IMG/VR virus record: IMGVR_UViG_3300042876_000902
Coordinates: 1-64,000 of that record
Strand: one strand, 5' to 3'
Source of the DNA: a virus
DNA: 64,000 nucleotides
The notes below the pieces were generated by a model. The model did no database searches, was not told where the DNA came from, and saw only the letters and a list, made by a program, of their open reading frames with translations. The position numbers and the translations under genes are program-made. This document shows, piece by piece, positions 37,816-47,041 of the stretch. How positions within the stretch are numbered: position 1 is the stretch's first letter; every line of letters starts with the position of its first letter.

Positions 37816-39819
37816 TCAGGCCGCGAGCTTCGTCGCGACCAGCTGGCCCTTCTTGTCGTATGGCTGCAGCGCCCCGAAGCTCTCGTCGGACCACGTCCCC
37901 TCCGAGAGCATCGCGACGTCGAACTCGATGGACTCCATGCAGCTCCGCAGCAGCTCCATCCCTTCCCGCGCCTTGGCCCTCGGGACCGAGGCGACCATCT
38001 CGTCGTGGATCGACAGCAGCAGCTTCATCCACTTCGGCTTTGCGTTGTGAATCCGGATCATCGCCTCCTTCGTGCAGTCCGCCGCCGACCCTTGGATGAG
38101 GGTATTCACCATCTTGTAGTCGAAGTGGACGATCTTCCCGTCGATGACCTTCGGCTCCTCGCAGAAGATCTCCCGCCCTCCCCACGTGACGATGGGCTCC
38201 TTGGCCTTCGCCCGCCTCTCCATCTCCCGGTACATCTCCTTCAGACCGGGGTAGATGCCGTAGATGGCGTTCCGCACCTGCCTGGCCTCGTTCACCTCCA
38301 GCCCCGACCGCTCGGCCATCAGGCCGACGCCCATCCCGTACATGATGCCGAGGTTGAAGCCCTTGACGACCTTGCGCTTGTAGTGTCGACCCGCCGCCTC
38401 CAACTTCGCCTTCGCGTCGTCATGGAAGTCGATCCACGGGTTGGCGAGGTACGCCTCCAGCAGCCTCCCGCCGCCCTCCACTGCCTGCTCGAAGTGGGCG
38501 AGGATCCGCGGCTCCTGCTGCGAGTAGTCGCGGTCGATCAGCACGTCGTCCTCACCCCACGGGAGCACGTAGGCCCGGACGTTGGGCGCGGGCGGGAGGA
38601 GGAATGGTGCGTCGGGTAGGCTCGCCTTGAGCTTCGCCGCCTCGTCATCCGTCACTTCGTGCTCTCGAGCCCACTCGGCCGTAACCTCGTGCCTGAAGAG
38701 CGGCTCGAACTCCTTGGCCATGTTCTGGAAGTTGGGCGACGACTGCGCGCGGCCGGTCTTCGCGCCGCCGGTGCCCTTGCCCTTGTCCCGCCTGGTCGTG
38801 TACCAATCGGTGTAGATGAACCCGCCCGATGCGGACGCCGTCTCCAGCCACGGGCGGATGAACGTCTTCAGGACCGTCGAGAGCTGGGCCCGCCGCTTGA
38901 GGACGTGGAGGATCTGCCGGTCCTTGATGCCCGCCGCGAGGGCGTCCTTGTTCACCTCCCACTTGCCCTTCGATGTCTTGTTCAGCTCCGCGACCCCGGC
39001 CCGGACGAGCGCGGCCCCGAGCTGGTCCGGGCTGTTCCAGTTGATCTCGCCGCGGACCCGGAGGCGCTTCGCCAGCCACTGGTCGATCTTCGAGAGCACC
39101 ATGGAGACGCCGTGCTCGTCGCGGGCCAGTGCCTCGACGTCGACCCGCACTCCCTGGTTCTCCATCTCCCAGATGACCGGGAGCAGGCGCCGCTCGCGAT
39201 CGTAGGCGCCGGTCATCCCGCGCCGCTCCAGCTCGGGCAGCACTTTGGCCCCGAGCCCGTGGGTGCGGTCGGTGTCGCCCTCCGCGTACTCCGCCACCAG
39301 CTCGGCCGGGGCGAAGGCGATGTACGCACCCACGTAGAAGTCGCTGTCCTTCGAGGTCGACAGCTTGATGCCGCGCGAGGCGAGGGGCTGGTTCTTCATC
39401 AGCCAGTCCTCGACGGCGTCGCGCTCCTCCTGCTTCCACCCGAGGAGGCGGTCGGCCGACGGCTTGAGGGCGTAGGTGGATGCGTACGGGTCCTTGAGGA
39501 AGAGCGCGGGCATCGTGTCATGGTACCGGTCCCACGGGAGGAACGGGAGGTCGAGGTGCACCGCGGCGACCTCAGCGTCGAACTTGACGTGATGCATGAG
39601 GATGGGGCGCCCGGAGTCGTACGCCTCCCCGACCGCACGCCGCGCCTCCTCCCACGTGGAGTTGTTCTTGCCGACCTCGTGGCCCCAGCTGTAGTACCGG
39701 CTCTTGCCCGTCCCGAGCTTCACGGACACGCCGACCGGAGAGGGCGGGTGGTGCGGACGGCCGATGATCGGCAGCGACTCGAAGTCGATGGTCGCCGCTT
39801 CCCGCGGGTTGAAGATCAT
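37816..39819 (-). CDS. polA: DNA polymerase family A
   Basis: Exo IDFE and HDTM; KTGRAQSSPNFQN; motif A DYSQQEPR; motif B RKVVKGFNLGIMYG; NTLIQGSAAD; motif C IHDE. Confidence 0.96.
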   Translation of the reverse strand: MIFNPREAATIDFESLPIIGRPHHPPSPVGVSVKLGTGKSRYYSWGHEVGKNNSTWEEARRAVGEAYDSGRPILMHHVKFDAEVAAVHLDLPFLPWDRYHDTMPALFLKDPYASTYALKPSADRLLGWKQEERDAVEDWLMKNQPLASRGIKLSTSKDSDFYVGAYIAFAPAELVAEYAEGDTDRTHGLGAKVLPELERRGMTGAYDRERRLLPVIWEMENQGVRVDVEALARDEHGVSMVLSKIDQWLAKRLRVRGEINWNSPDQLGAALVRAGVAELNKTSKGKWEVNKDALAAGIKDRQILHVLKRRAQLSTVLKTFIRPWLETASASGGFIYTDWYTTRRDKGKGTGGAKTGRAQSSPNFQNMAKEFEPLFRHEVTAEWAREHEVTDDEAAKLKASLPDAPFLLPPAPNVRAYVLPWGEDDVLIDRDYSQQEPRILAHFEQAVEGGGRLLEAYLANPWIDFHDDAKAKLEAAGRHYKRKVVKGFNLGIMYGMGVGLMAERSGLEVNEARQVRNAIYGIYPGLKEMYREMERRAKAKEPIVTWGGREIFCEEPKVIDGKIVHFDYKMVNTLIQGSAADCTKEAMIRIHNAKPKWMKLLLSIHDEMVASVPRAKAREGMELLRSCMESIEFDVAMLSEGTWSDESFGALQPYDKKGQLVATKLAA

Positions 39820-39835
39820 GTGCTGACCTCGGGTG

Positions 39836-39872
39836 AAAGAAAGGCGGGCCCGCCCCGAAGGGCGAGCCCGCC
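39836..39872 (-). terminator. Intrinsic terminator
   Basis: Minus strand ggcgggctcgccc-ttcg-gggcgggcccgcc followed by tttcttt. Confidence 0.8.
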
Positions 39873-39884
39873 GCGTGGCGACTG

Positions 39885-40661
39885 CTAGAACTTCTTGCCC
39901 TTCGCCTTGCCGGGCTTGCCCTTGCCGGCCTTGACCTTCGAGTCGTCCGGCTTGGGGAACGGGAACTCGATGAGCTTCCGGACCTCCGCGTTCCGCTTCA
40001 TCAGCACCGGGATGATGGCGGCCGGGGCCTTGGCGATCGGCTCGAAGTAGATGACCTTCTCCTTGAGCTGCATCTTCGTGAAGACCGCGTGCGGCGGGAC
40101 GTTGAGGGACCCGCTGACCTGCTTCACGTAGTTGCCGAAGCCCTTGAGCGAGGTGGGCGGGACGGTGAAGTAGCCCGCCTGCTTCTCGAACTCCTCCGGG
40201 TCCTTGAACGGCGTGAACTTCGTCTCGCTCTCGTACGTGCCGGCCGGGATGAGCGCCAGGCGGATGCCGTTCTTGCACGCCTTCGCGTTGCCCTCGCCGG
40301 AGCCGAAGACGTTGTACTCGCAGGAGGCGCAGTCGGCGCACTTCTTGTCGGGCGAGTCGGCGTGCGGGAAGATGTCCTTCTCGTTCGACTTGCGGCCGAA
40401 CGCGTAGCACACCGGCTGCTGCGACTTCCCCTTCGTGAACTTCTCGGGGTAGAAGGCGTTGCTGTACACGAAGTCGACGACGATGGCGCCGACCTGGTTG
40501 TACGGGAGGGCGACGCCGCCGAACGTCAGCTTGTCGTCCTTGATGCTGAAGAACTCGCCCCCGCCGATCCCGGCGACGGCGTCGGCCGCCTCCTTCGCCT
40601 GCTTGGCCAGCTCCTCGTCGTACCGCATGATGCTCTGGTTGTCGCCGCTCTTCTTGGCCAT
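39885..40661 (-). CDS. Conserved replication-module protein (possible ssDNA-binding/annealing)
   Basis: Upstream of polA; PVCYAFG, CASCEYNVFGS....KACKN, VPPTSLK; function inferred from position only. Confidence 0.55.
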   Translation of the reverse strand: MAKKSGDNQSIMRYDEELAKQAKEAADAVAGIGGGEFFSIKDDKLTFGGVALPYNQVGAIVVDFVYSNAFYPEKFTKGKSQQPVCYAFGRKSNEKDIFPHADSPDKKCADCASCEYNVFGSGEGNAKACKNGIRLALIPAGTYESETKFTPFKDPEEFEKQAGYFTVPPTSLKGFGNYVKQVSGSLNVPPHAVFTKMQLKEKVIYFEPIAKAPAAIIPVLMKRNAEVRKLIEFPFPKPDDSKVKAGKGKPGKAKGKKF

Positions 40662-40756
40662 TTGTTCTTTCTCCTGTGCTTCGCGTCGCTTCTTCATCTC
40701 GTCGATGGTGACGAGACGTCCGTTGACGATGATACCCTCTCTGCAGAACTGCACGA

Positions 40757-41164
40757 CTACGCCTTCACGATGCTGATCTTCTTCTTGATGAACTTCGTGA
40801 TGCCCGGGACCTTCTTCCCGGCTGCCCACATCTCCGCGATGGCCGTGGACGACAGCCGCTTCTGGATGAGGTGGAACGCGCCGGTCTTCCTCACGTACTT
40901 GTAGAAGGCCTCGTCGCCGCCGTCCTTCGCGAACACCGGGATGTCCTTCTTCACCAGCTTGGCCTTCCCCTTCTTCCCGGCGACGATCTCCGCCTCCATC
41001 CCCTCGAGCACTGAGATGAGGTGAAGCTCGAGTGCGTTCTCCTCCGCCTCGTACTTCGCCACCTCCTTCTGCAGCTTGGCCTTCTTCTCGCCCAGCTCCT
41101 TGAACCGGTCGACGCAGGCGCCGGGCGTCTTCGGGAACGTGAACTGCTTGACCTCGTCGCTCAC
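40757..41164 (-). CDS. Hypothetical replication-module protein
   Basis: GTG start coupled to thyX stop; coiled coil then LIQKRLS......GKKVPG. Confidence 0.6.
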   Translation of the reverse strand: MSDEVKQFTFPKTPGACVDRFKELGEKKAKLQKEVAKYEAEENALELHLISVLEGMEAEIVAGKKGKAKLVKKDIPVFAKDGGDEAFYKYVRKTGAFHLIQKRLSSTAIAEMWAAGKKVPGITKFIKKKISIVKA

Positions 41165-41817
41165 GCGTTCACCTCGCGGTCGAAGACCTCCGGGCAGAGG
41201 TCGATCAGCTCCCGCCGCACCATCCCGGCGACCTCCCGCATCTGCGGGTGGGCTGCGGGCGCCGTCCGGAGCTTCAGGAAGTGGAGCCACTCCCGGAAGT
41301 TCATCTTGACGCAGATCTCCGTCTTGAGGCACGTCGGGAGAACCGACCGCGCGATCTGCGGCGCCGCCCCGTGGTCGACGAGGTTCAGGTACGCCGCCTC
41401 AGCGCGGAGCATCGCGTCCTCCCATTCCCGGCGCTGCCATTCGTCGAGCCCCGGAGGCATGATCACCGCGATCTCCCCGCCGCGCTTCTCACTCGCGTAG
41501 TTGCAGTAGCGAGTGCTCTCCTGGGCGTAGGAGGCGATCCGGTGGCGGACGATCTCGTGGGAGACGCCGCGGTCGCAGACGATGCGGAACGTCGCGTCAC
41601 CGAACTCGAGCATCGCGTCGTGGTGCATGCCCGCGAGCTTCGTGATGAGCTTCGCCGCGGAGCCGGGGGAGATGAGCCCCTCCGACTTGTAGCAGGTCCG
41701 CGCCGCCGCCTCGATGGCGAGGGCGCCCTCGGAGGCCGACCGCATCAGCTCCTCGGGCGGTGTCTGGGCGAGGACCGACGCCGCGATGAGCGTCGCGCTC
41801 TGGCTGACGATCTTCAC
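41161..41817 (-). CDS. thyX: Flavin-dependent thymidylate synthase
   Basis: AARTCYKS, H...LEF, RGVSHEIVRHRIASYAQESTRY, ARSVLP, NFREWLHFLKLR...AHPQMR. Confidence 0.96.
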   Translation of the reverse strand: MKIVSQSATLIAASVLAQTPPEELMRSASEGALAIEAAARTCYKSEGLISPGSAAKLITKLAGMHHDAMLEFGDATFRIVCDRGVSHEIVRHRIASYAQESTRYCNYASEKRGGEIAVIMPPGLDEWQRREWEDAMLRAEAAYLNLVDHGAAPQIARSVLPTCLKTEICVKMNFREWLHFLKLRTAPAAHPQMREVAGMVRRELIDLCPEVFDREVNA

Positions 41818-42131
41818 TTGGGCCTCACCAGCTTCTGGAGCGCGTGGGCGAGGACGAAGCTCATCAGCTCCTGCGCGCCGTCGAGGTCCAGCTTGCGGTA
41901 GATGTGCTTCCGCCGGGTGCGGACGGTGTCGGGCCTGGCGTTCTCAGCGTTCGCCACGTCCTTCGCCCGCATGCCCTTCACGATGTTCAGCACCTCGTGG
42001 CGCTGGATGCCGCTCAGCGAGTCGGCGCCGGGCTGGGTCAGCAGCCACTCCTTCACGAGGGCTTCGCGCTCGACGTCCACGGGGTCGCGCTCCGGCGGCG
42101 GCGGGATGTTCGGCAGGTTCTGCTGGGTCAT
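41814..42131 (-). CDS. LuxR-type helix-turn-helix regulator
   Basis: LS....EVL...KGM..KDVA......TVRTRRKHIYRKL. Confidence 0.85.
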   Translation of the reverse strand: MTQQNLPNIPPPPERDPVDVEREALVKEWLLTQPGADSLSGIQRHEVLNIVKGMRAKDVANAENARPDTVRTRRKHIYRKLDLDGAQELMSFVLAHALQKLVRPK

Positions 42132-42135
42132 GACG

Positions 42136-42807
42136 TCACTCCCCTCTCGTCTGCTTGTGATGGTTGTACCTCTCCATGATCGCTTCGTGCACCGCCTCGA
42201 CCGGGCGGGTTCCGTCCACGACGATCCACGACTCGTCGCTCATCGCCTCGTCATGCCACAGCTGGTCGTACCCGTCGACCACTTGCTCGATGAAGCCGGG
42301 CTTCCCCTCGTAGCGGTCGGGGTTCCCGCGGGCCGCGAGGCGCTCGACGCACACGCTCGCCGGGACGTGGACGAGCACGTTGAGGTCGGCCTGCGGGAGC
42401 AGCTCATGCATCTGCTTCAGGTGCTCGAGGTTGAGCCCGTCGGCGCTGCCGTACACGAGGCCCGACTGGTAGTACCGGTCGCAGACCATCCCCGCGACGC
42501 GACCGAGCCCGAGGTGGGCCCGGCGGAGCTTCCGCCCGACCTCCATCCGGTTCGCGAGCATCATCGCTTGGAACATCAGGGCGTCGTCGAGCACATCCGC
42601 TTCGATGAACTCGACCGAAGCGGCGTGGTCGCCGACGTCGGCGTAGGCCCCCAGCTTCAGCTGGCCCTTCAGGTGCCGGTCGATGAGCTTCCCGATCGGA
42701 GTGCTCCGGTCCGGGAACCGCTGGAGGTCGAAGCCCAGCCGGTCCGCGAGCATCTTCGCCTGGGTGGACTTGCCCGAGCCGTCCGGGCCTTCGATGGTGA
42801 TGATCAT
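42136..42807 (-). CDS. tmk: Thymidylate (dTMP) kinase
   Basis: ITIEGPDGSGKSTQ, RFPDRSTPIG, ANR, VCDRYYQSGLVY, DRYE. Confidence 0.92.
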   Translation of the reverse strand: MIITIEGPDGSGKSTQAKMLADRLGFDLQRFPDRSTPIGKLIDRHLKGQLKLGAYADVGDHAASVEFIEADVLDDALMFQAMMLANRMEVGRKLRRAHLGLGRVAGMVCDRYYQSGLVYGSADGLNLEHLKQMHELLPQADLNVLVHVPASVCVERLAARGNPDRYEGKPGFIEQVVDGYDQLWHDEAMSDESWIVVDGTRPVEAVHEAIMERYNHHKQTRGE

Positions 42808-43232
42808 GAGACCTCCGGGACGTACTTCTTCACGGCGAAGGCGTTGTCGAGCCACGTGACGTAGCGGACCGCGCCCGCGTTCGTCTCGAAGTGCTTCACC
42901 CGCGGGTCGAAGTAGAAGATCGGCCACTGCCTCGCGGGCAGCCCGCCGATCACGATCGGCAACTTCCCGAGCACGAGCCCGGCGGTCAGCTCCCCGAACC
43001 CGGCGCGGCAGTTGTCGTCGTGGATGAGCATGACGCACTCGGAGTCCTCGACGCCCCGGAGGTCGAACTCCGCCGCACCCTGCAGGTAGTTCTGCAGCGC
43101 GAGCCCACCCTTCCCGGCGGCGGAGTGTCTGGTCCAGTCCGCCGTGATCGTATGACCCGCTTCGCGGAGCATCTGCTGGAGGACCCGGACCTCCTCGGCG
43201 CGCTCGAACTTCCCTGCTGCGTACACGTTCAC
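42804..43232 (-). CDS. Nucleoside 2-deoxyribosyltransferase / nucleotide N-glycosidase-like protein
   Basis: VYAAG, DL..V...E.V.L, G...ELTAG..LGK.PIV. Confidence 0.7.
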   Translation of the reverse strand: MNVYAAGKFERAEEVRVLQQMLREAGHTITADWTRHSAAGKGGLALQNYLQGAAEFDLRGVEDSECVMLIHDDNCRAGFGELTAGLVLGKLPIVIGGLPARQWPIFYFDPRVKHFETNAGAVRYVTWLDNAFAVKKYVPEVS

Positions 43233-43612
43233 GGCTTCCTCTCCTTCTCGGCACTCCGGCCGAGGTTGATCAAGTCCTTCATCCGGCGGCCACCTTTCTC
43301 GCCGAGCGTCCGGTAATGCCCGCTCCCGCGGTTCCTCATCACCTTGTCGCCGCCCAGCTTCCCGATCTTCTCGTAGAACCCATCGCCCTGCGTGTCCCGC
43401 GTCGTCGTCCCTCCCGCTCGACCGATCTCCCTGAAGAACTCGGCACCCCGCTCGGTCTTCACGGTGGTGCCGCCCTTCGACCCGATCTTCTTGAAGTAGT
43501 CGGGGTCGACAGCCAGGCGCGCATCGCGGTTGGCCCGACCTCCCTTGCTCCCCGACATGTGGACGCAGACCGCCGGGCTCTCATCCGGGATCTGGCACCG
43601 TTCGCACTTCAT
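43229..43612 (-). CDS. KGG-repeat general-stress-like protein
   Basis: Repeated (F/Y)(F/Y)xxIGxKGG units with about 19-aa period. Confidence 0.8.
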   Translation of the reverse strand: MKCERCQIPDESPAVCVHMSGSKGGRANRDARLAVDPDYFKKIGSKGGTTVKTERGAEFFREIGRAGGTTTRDTQGDGFYEKIGKLGGDKVMRNRGSGHYRTLGEKGGRRMKDLINLGRSAEKERKP

Positions 43613-43681
43613 GCTCTCCTCCTTCTTCCACGCCCCAGCGGCAGCCTCGACCGCTGCTGAGATGGGGTACTTCGGCATGAT

Positions 43682-44287
43682 TCAGCCCGCCTTCCGCATC
43701 AGCTTCTCCGTCACCTCCGACGTCGTGAGCGCCTTCGCCACCACCCCGCGGAGGACGCTCCCCCTCCCGAGCGCGGCGCGGAGGTCGCGCACGTTGCGCT
43801 TGCCGTACGCGGCGACCATGCTCGGGCCCCACGCGCCACCCGACGGCTCGCCGGTGGGCAGGCAGAACTCGAAGCGCCCCCGCTGGAACAGCACCTCGTC
43901 CGCGGTTTCCATCAGCAGCTGGGCCCAGGCGGTGTCCATCGACTTCGCGGGGACTAGCATGAACCCGTCGCCGTGCTCGGCCAGGAGCTGCACCCACGGG
44001 AGGACCCGCGAGTAGGGCGGGTTCACCCACTTCCGCCCGCGCTTCCACAGGCTCGGGTCGAGCCCGTCGCCCAGCGTCACGCCGCCCGCCACCTTGAGCT
44101 TGCGCGGCTCGCCGTCGACGACCGTCACGCCGTTCGAGATCATCCGCTTCGCGGTACGCCACGGCATGCGCGGGTAGCAGCACGGGTCGAGGTCGAACGG
44201 CCCGAGGTCGTCGACCACGGGCTTGGGTGTGAGCCAGTCGTCGGTGGCCGACTTCGAGTCGGGCCGGTTCCGGTTGTCCTTGTTCAC
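43682..44287 (-). CDS. Phage DNA N6-adenine methyltransferase (Dam-like)
   Basis: DDWLTP, GPFDLDPC, DGL...W, WVNPPYS. Confidence 0.9.
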   Translation of the reverse strand: MNKDNRNRPDSKSATDDWLTPKPVVDDLGPFDLDPCCYPRMPWRTAKRMISNGVTVVDGEPRKLKVAGGVTLGDGLDPSLWKRGRKWVNPPYSRVLPWVQLLAEHGDGFMLVPAKSMDTAWAQLLMETADEVLFQRGRFEFCLPTGEPSGGAWGPSMVAAYGKRNVRDLRAALGRGSVLRGVVAKALTTSEVTEKLMRKAG

Positions 44288-44463
44288 TTGGCCTCCTTGG
44301 CCATGCGCTCTGCGAACCGCGCTCGCGCGGTCGCTGCCTGCACACGTTCGGGGGAATCCTGCCACTTCTGCTCGCAGCCGTGGCAGAACTGGATCGCGCG
44401 GGCCTTCTCGACGACCATCATCGGCTTCCCGCACGCAGAGCAGTCCTGAGCCTTCGCGCTCAT
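44284..44463 (-). CDS. Small zinc-ribbon protein
   Basis: CSACG...FCHGC. Confidence 0.55.
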   Translation of the reverse strand: MSAKAQDCSACGKPMMVVEKARAIQFCHGCEQKWQDSPERVQAATARARFAERMAKEAK

Positions 44464-44657
44464 CGCCGCCCCGCCTTCATCATCGTCTCGGCGATGCGTT
44501 GCCGGACGAGGTTCCGCTCCATCGGGTCGAGCGGCGCCAGCTCCGCCCACCACGTCGTCGGGACCTCGAGTGCGATGCCCGCCTCGAAGGCCCGCTTCAT
44601 CATCTCCGCTCGCTTCTGCACCGCCGCCTTCCGCTTCTCATCGAGTTCTTTGGTCAT
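44460..44657 (-). CDS. Hypothetical protein
   Basis: GGAG RBS; ATGA coupling to the next ORF. Confidence 0.55.
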   Translation of the reverse strand: MTKELDEKRKAAVQKRAEMMKRAFEAGIALEVPTTWWAELAPLDPMERNLVRQRIAETMMKAGRR

Positions 44658-45072
44658 CAGCTTCTCCGGTCGGCAATCAGGGACCCGACCTTTCTAGCAA
44701 ACGAGGGCTCGCTTGGGAATCACGAACAACCGACCGCCGTCATCAATGCGGAACCTGGCTGATCGCACAACCATGGACACAAAAAGAGCCCCGCGGGCCG
44801 GGGCCCCGGGGCTCGCCTGATCGGGTTCCCTCCTTCGGGGGAGGTCTGGGAGGACCCGGGGGGAACGGGCGGATCCGGGGGACGAGCCCCGCCCGGCGGA
44901 CCCGCGGGAAGGGCCCTAGGCGCCCCGCCCGCGGGCGATCGGCCGGAGGGGCGGGGTACCCTACCGCCCCGCCCCTCCGGCGCTCCGGAGCGGCTCCGGT
45001 AGCGTCCCGATCAGGCTCCCCCGAAGGAGGGGGAGGCGCCCGGGAGCCCGGAATCGCACAACGGCGGACGTG

Positions 45073-45103
45073 AAAAAGGCCCCGGGGCCGGAGCCCCGGG
45101 GCC
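45073..45103 (-). terminator. Intrinsic terminator ending the early-gene cluster
   Basis: 11-bp stem ggccccggggc / gccccggggcc, 4-nt loop, TTTTT on the minus strand. Confidence 0.8.
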
Positions 45104-45788
45104 GGTGTTCACTTCTCCGCCGCGACGAACTCGTTCACCGACTGCCAGGTCCGCATCGTCAGCCGGGTCTCCGTCGTCGTCCGCAGCACGAACGGGTCGC
45201 CGAGCCCGCACGGAGGCGGGTAGCTCACGACGGTCTCGACGGTCGTCCCGGCCACCCGCTCGTACGTGATGTCCCGGAGCGTCGTGCCGCGCTTCACGAC
45301 CGCGAACCCGCGGACCCGGAGTGCCAGCCCCGCGTCGGTCTTCGCGAGGGCGTCGGTGAGGGACTTCGCCGCGACATCCTTAAAAGTATCCATCTCGCTC
45401 TCTTTCACCCGACCCACTTGACCTTGATGTTCGGCCCGTAGATCATCTTGAGGTACCGGCACGTGTAGCAGCTTCCCCAGGTCAGCCCGGTCCGCCACGA
45501 CCGCCGGACCGTCCGGCCGCAGCAGCTGCACTTCTTCCGCTCCGCAGGCGACGGCCTCGTCCTCGCGAGGTAGTGCCGGTGGTTCCGCTCGCCCTCCCAC
45601 CGCCTCGGGTACTCCCTCTCTTCCGCAGCTTCAGCCATGACGTTCGCTCCGTCACTCCAAGTTGATGGTGACCTTCCCGTACATCCTCCGCCGCCTCGCC
45701 GCGACCGCCCGCCGGGTCCTGACCCAACCGCGCAACAGCCAGAGCAGGATCGCGGCGACGACCCCCGCCGACACCCAGCACGCGGGGC

Positions 45789-46493
45789 TCACCTGAGCCT
45801 CACGAACTTGACGAGGTACTCGCCGTGCGAGCTGGTCTCGCGGGTCTCGAGCATCACCCGCTCGTCCAAGCCGAACCGGGTGGCGGCGTAGTGCGCCGCC
45901 TGGTCCAGCGATGGCGCATGGACCCGCTCGGTGAGCGGTCGAACGGAGTCGACAACCCACTGCTGGATGGCTCGCTCGCCCCGGCCGTCGACCTCTGGGA
46001 ACATCGCGGCGATCTCCCGGGCCACGAGCCACCGCTCCCCGAGCGGCTTCAAGTTGAGCCGCTCGCGCCGGGCGACGGTCGCGATGAGCAGCAGCCGCTC
46101 CTCCGGAGTCACGCCGTGCCACGGCTTGTCAGGCCGGTCGAGGTTCAGCGGGAAGCGCGCGAGGCAGACCTCGCACCACTCCTCCTTCGAGTCGGGCATC
46201 GCCTTGATGCACGTCGAGCTGAACCGCCGCACACTCAGGCAGAGCACGTGGTCGTTCGGGGGGTACCCCTCGTCAGCCTTCCGGCCGGAGTCCCACACCT
46301 CCTCCGTGAGGTCGCGGGGCCGGTCCGGGTTCCACAGAGCCGCGCGGGTCGCACCGGCGTAGGCACACCCGAGCATCTCGACGGCCACCTTGGTCTCCGG
46401 CGCGAACCGGGTCCGCCCCTCGGGCCGGAGCTTCTCGCCCTCCGGGCCCGTCACGAACACCCCCGCCCCGTCCTCCTTCACGACGCGCTTCAT
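45789..46493 (-). CDS. Hypothetical protein
   Basis: ATG 46493 (MKRVVKEDG) coupled to neighbouring ORFs. Confidence 0.55.
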   Translation of the reverse strand: MKRVVKEDGAGVFVTGPEGEKLRPEGRTRFAPETKVAVEMLGCAYAGATRAALWNPDRPRDLTEEVWDSGRKADEGYPPNDHVLCLSVRRFSSTCIKAMPDSKEEWCEVCLARFPLNLDRPDKPWHGVTPEERLLLIATVARRERLNLKPLGERWLVAREIAAMFPEVDGRGERAIQQWVVDSVRPLTERVHAPSLDQAAHYAATRFGLDERVMLETRETSSHGEYLVKFVRLR

Positions 46494-47026
46494 CACGCCC
46501 TCGCCTTCGGGTTCGCCATCTCGCGGGCGAGCGCGGCGTCCACCTGCTCCGCTCTGGCAGCACGGCGGACGAGGTTGCCGACGAGGATCGCGACCTTCAT
46601 CTGCTTCCGCTCGTGGTAGCGGACGTGCTCCCGGATGAGCGCCTCCTCGAACGCACGCTCGCGCTTCGTCATGTCCGACCACCGGGCGAACCCCGCCCGT
46701 TCCAGCTCGGCCGCGAGCCGGGCCCACGTCGGGACCTCCGTCCACCCGCAGCGGACCGACTGCAGGTCTGCGAGGTTCTTCGCGAGGGCGAGGGCGTCGT
46801 CGGACGAGAGCCTCATCTGGACCATGGCCGTCACCGCCAGGTCGTGCATTTCCTGCCGGTGGCGATCTGTCATCCCCGGCCGCTTCCCCACCGTCCGCGC
46901 TCTCTCCGCCGCCTGCCGCCGGGCGAACTCCGCCAGCACCCGCCGCAGTGCCCTGAGCTTCGCCAAGGTCGAGAGCCCGTTGAGCGGCCCGACCGTCCTC
47001 GTCTCGATGTTGCACCAGTCCGTCAT
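46493..47026 (-). CDS. Hypothetical helical protein
   Basis: GGAGG RBS, ATG 47026. Confidence 0.6.
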   Translation of the reverse strand: MTDWCNIETRTVGPLNGLSTLAKLRALRRVLAEFARRQAAERARTVGKRPGMTDRHRQEMHDLAVTAMVQMRLSSDDALALAKNLADLQSVRCGWTEVPTWARLAAELERAGFARWSDMTKRERAFEEALIREHVRYHERKQMKVAILVGNLVRRAARAEQVDAALAREMANPKARA

Positions 47027-47041
47027 GACGTGTCCCTCCTG

